Below the pieces are notes generated by a model. The model had not been told where the DNA came from. It searched no databases and saw nothing but the letters and a program-made list of their open reading frames with translations. Of a stretch of DNA of 64,000 nt, positions 63,832-64,000 are shown in pieces. Where the stretch lies: assembly GCA_051362555.1 (NCBI GenBank), contig CM120640.1, positions 46,292,788-46,356,787 on the forward strand. The letters are read 5' to 3'. Positions within the stretch are counted from its first letter, which is position 1. The number at the start of each line of letters is the position of its first letter. The position numbers and the translations under genes were made by a program. This DNA comes from Lingula anatina. Its lineage: Eukaryota; Animalia; Brachiopoda.

Positions 63832-64000
63832 TTTTATTATGTACAGACACAGATGTGTCTGTACATATAGCCGTCACCTGCGTCTGTCGTCGCCGTTGCC
63901 ATTGCCGTTGGTGTGCACTTTTACCGATAACACGATAAGTGGAAAATGGTTTTACCTTTTGGCTTGAAACTTACAGAACTGATGAATATTCATAATACGC
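63832..64000 (+). mobile_element. 5' part of a Helentron-type HINE (runs off the window)
   Basis: T-rich start, hairpin ATGTACAGACACA-GA-TGTGTCTGTACAT, GTC/GCC microsatellite, TTGAAACTT core. Confidence 0.6.

Overview
AT-rich, intron-containing, TE-dense animal genomic DNA; gene and repeat content suggest a marine invertebrate, probably a mollusc (inference). Three intact protein-coding genes can be built from ORFs and GT-AG junctions: (1) a two-coding-exon prostanoid (EP4-like) GPCR, + 8186-14792; (2) RMI2, - 35336-33591; (3) a ~790-aa RNF8-type coiled-coil/RING E3 ligase, + 36099-46128, head-to-head with RMI2 across an E2F-site promoter. The RNF8-like protein has no visible FHA domain and instead carries several SUMO-interacting-motif-like segments, two of them on duplicated 78-bp exons. 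The rest is repeats: a double palindrome near 2.4-3.3 kb, Tc1, LINE, Penelope and integrase relics, many MITEs with clean TSDs, Helentron-type HINEs, a ~4.2/4.9-kb tandem duplication (hAT-like transposase interrupted by SAM-UIM-HECT exons, plus a solo LTR), an unclassified TIR element and an orphan OB-fold exon. All calls are by eye, without database searches.
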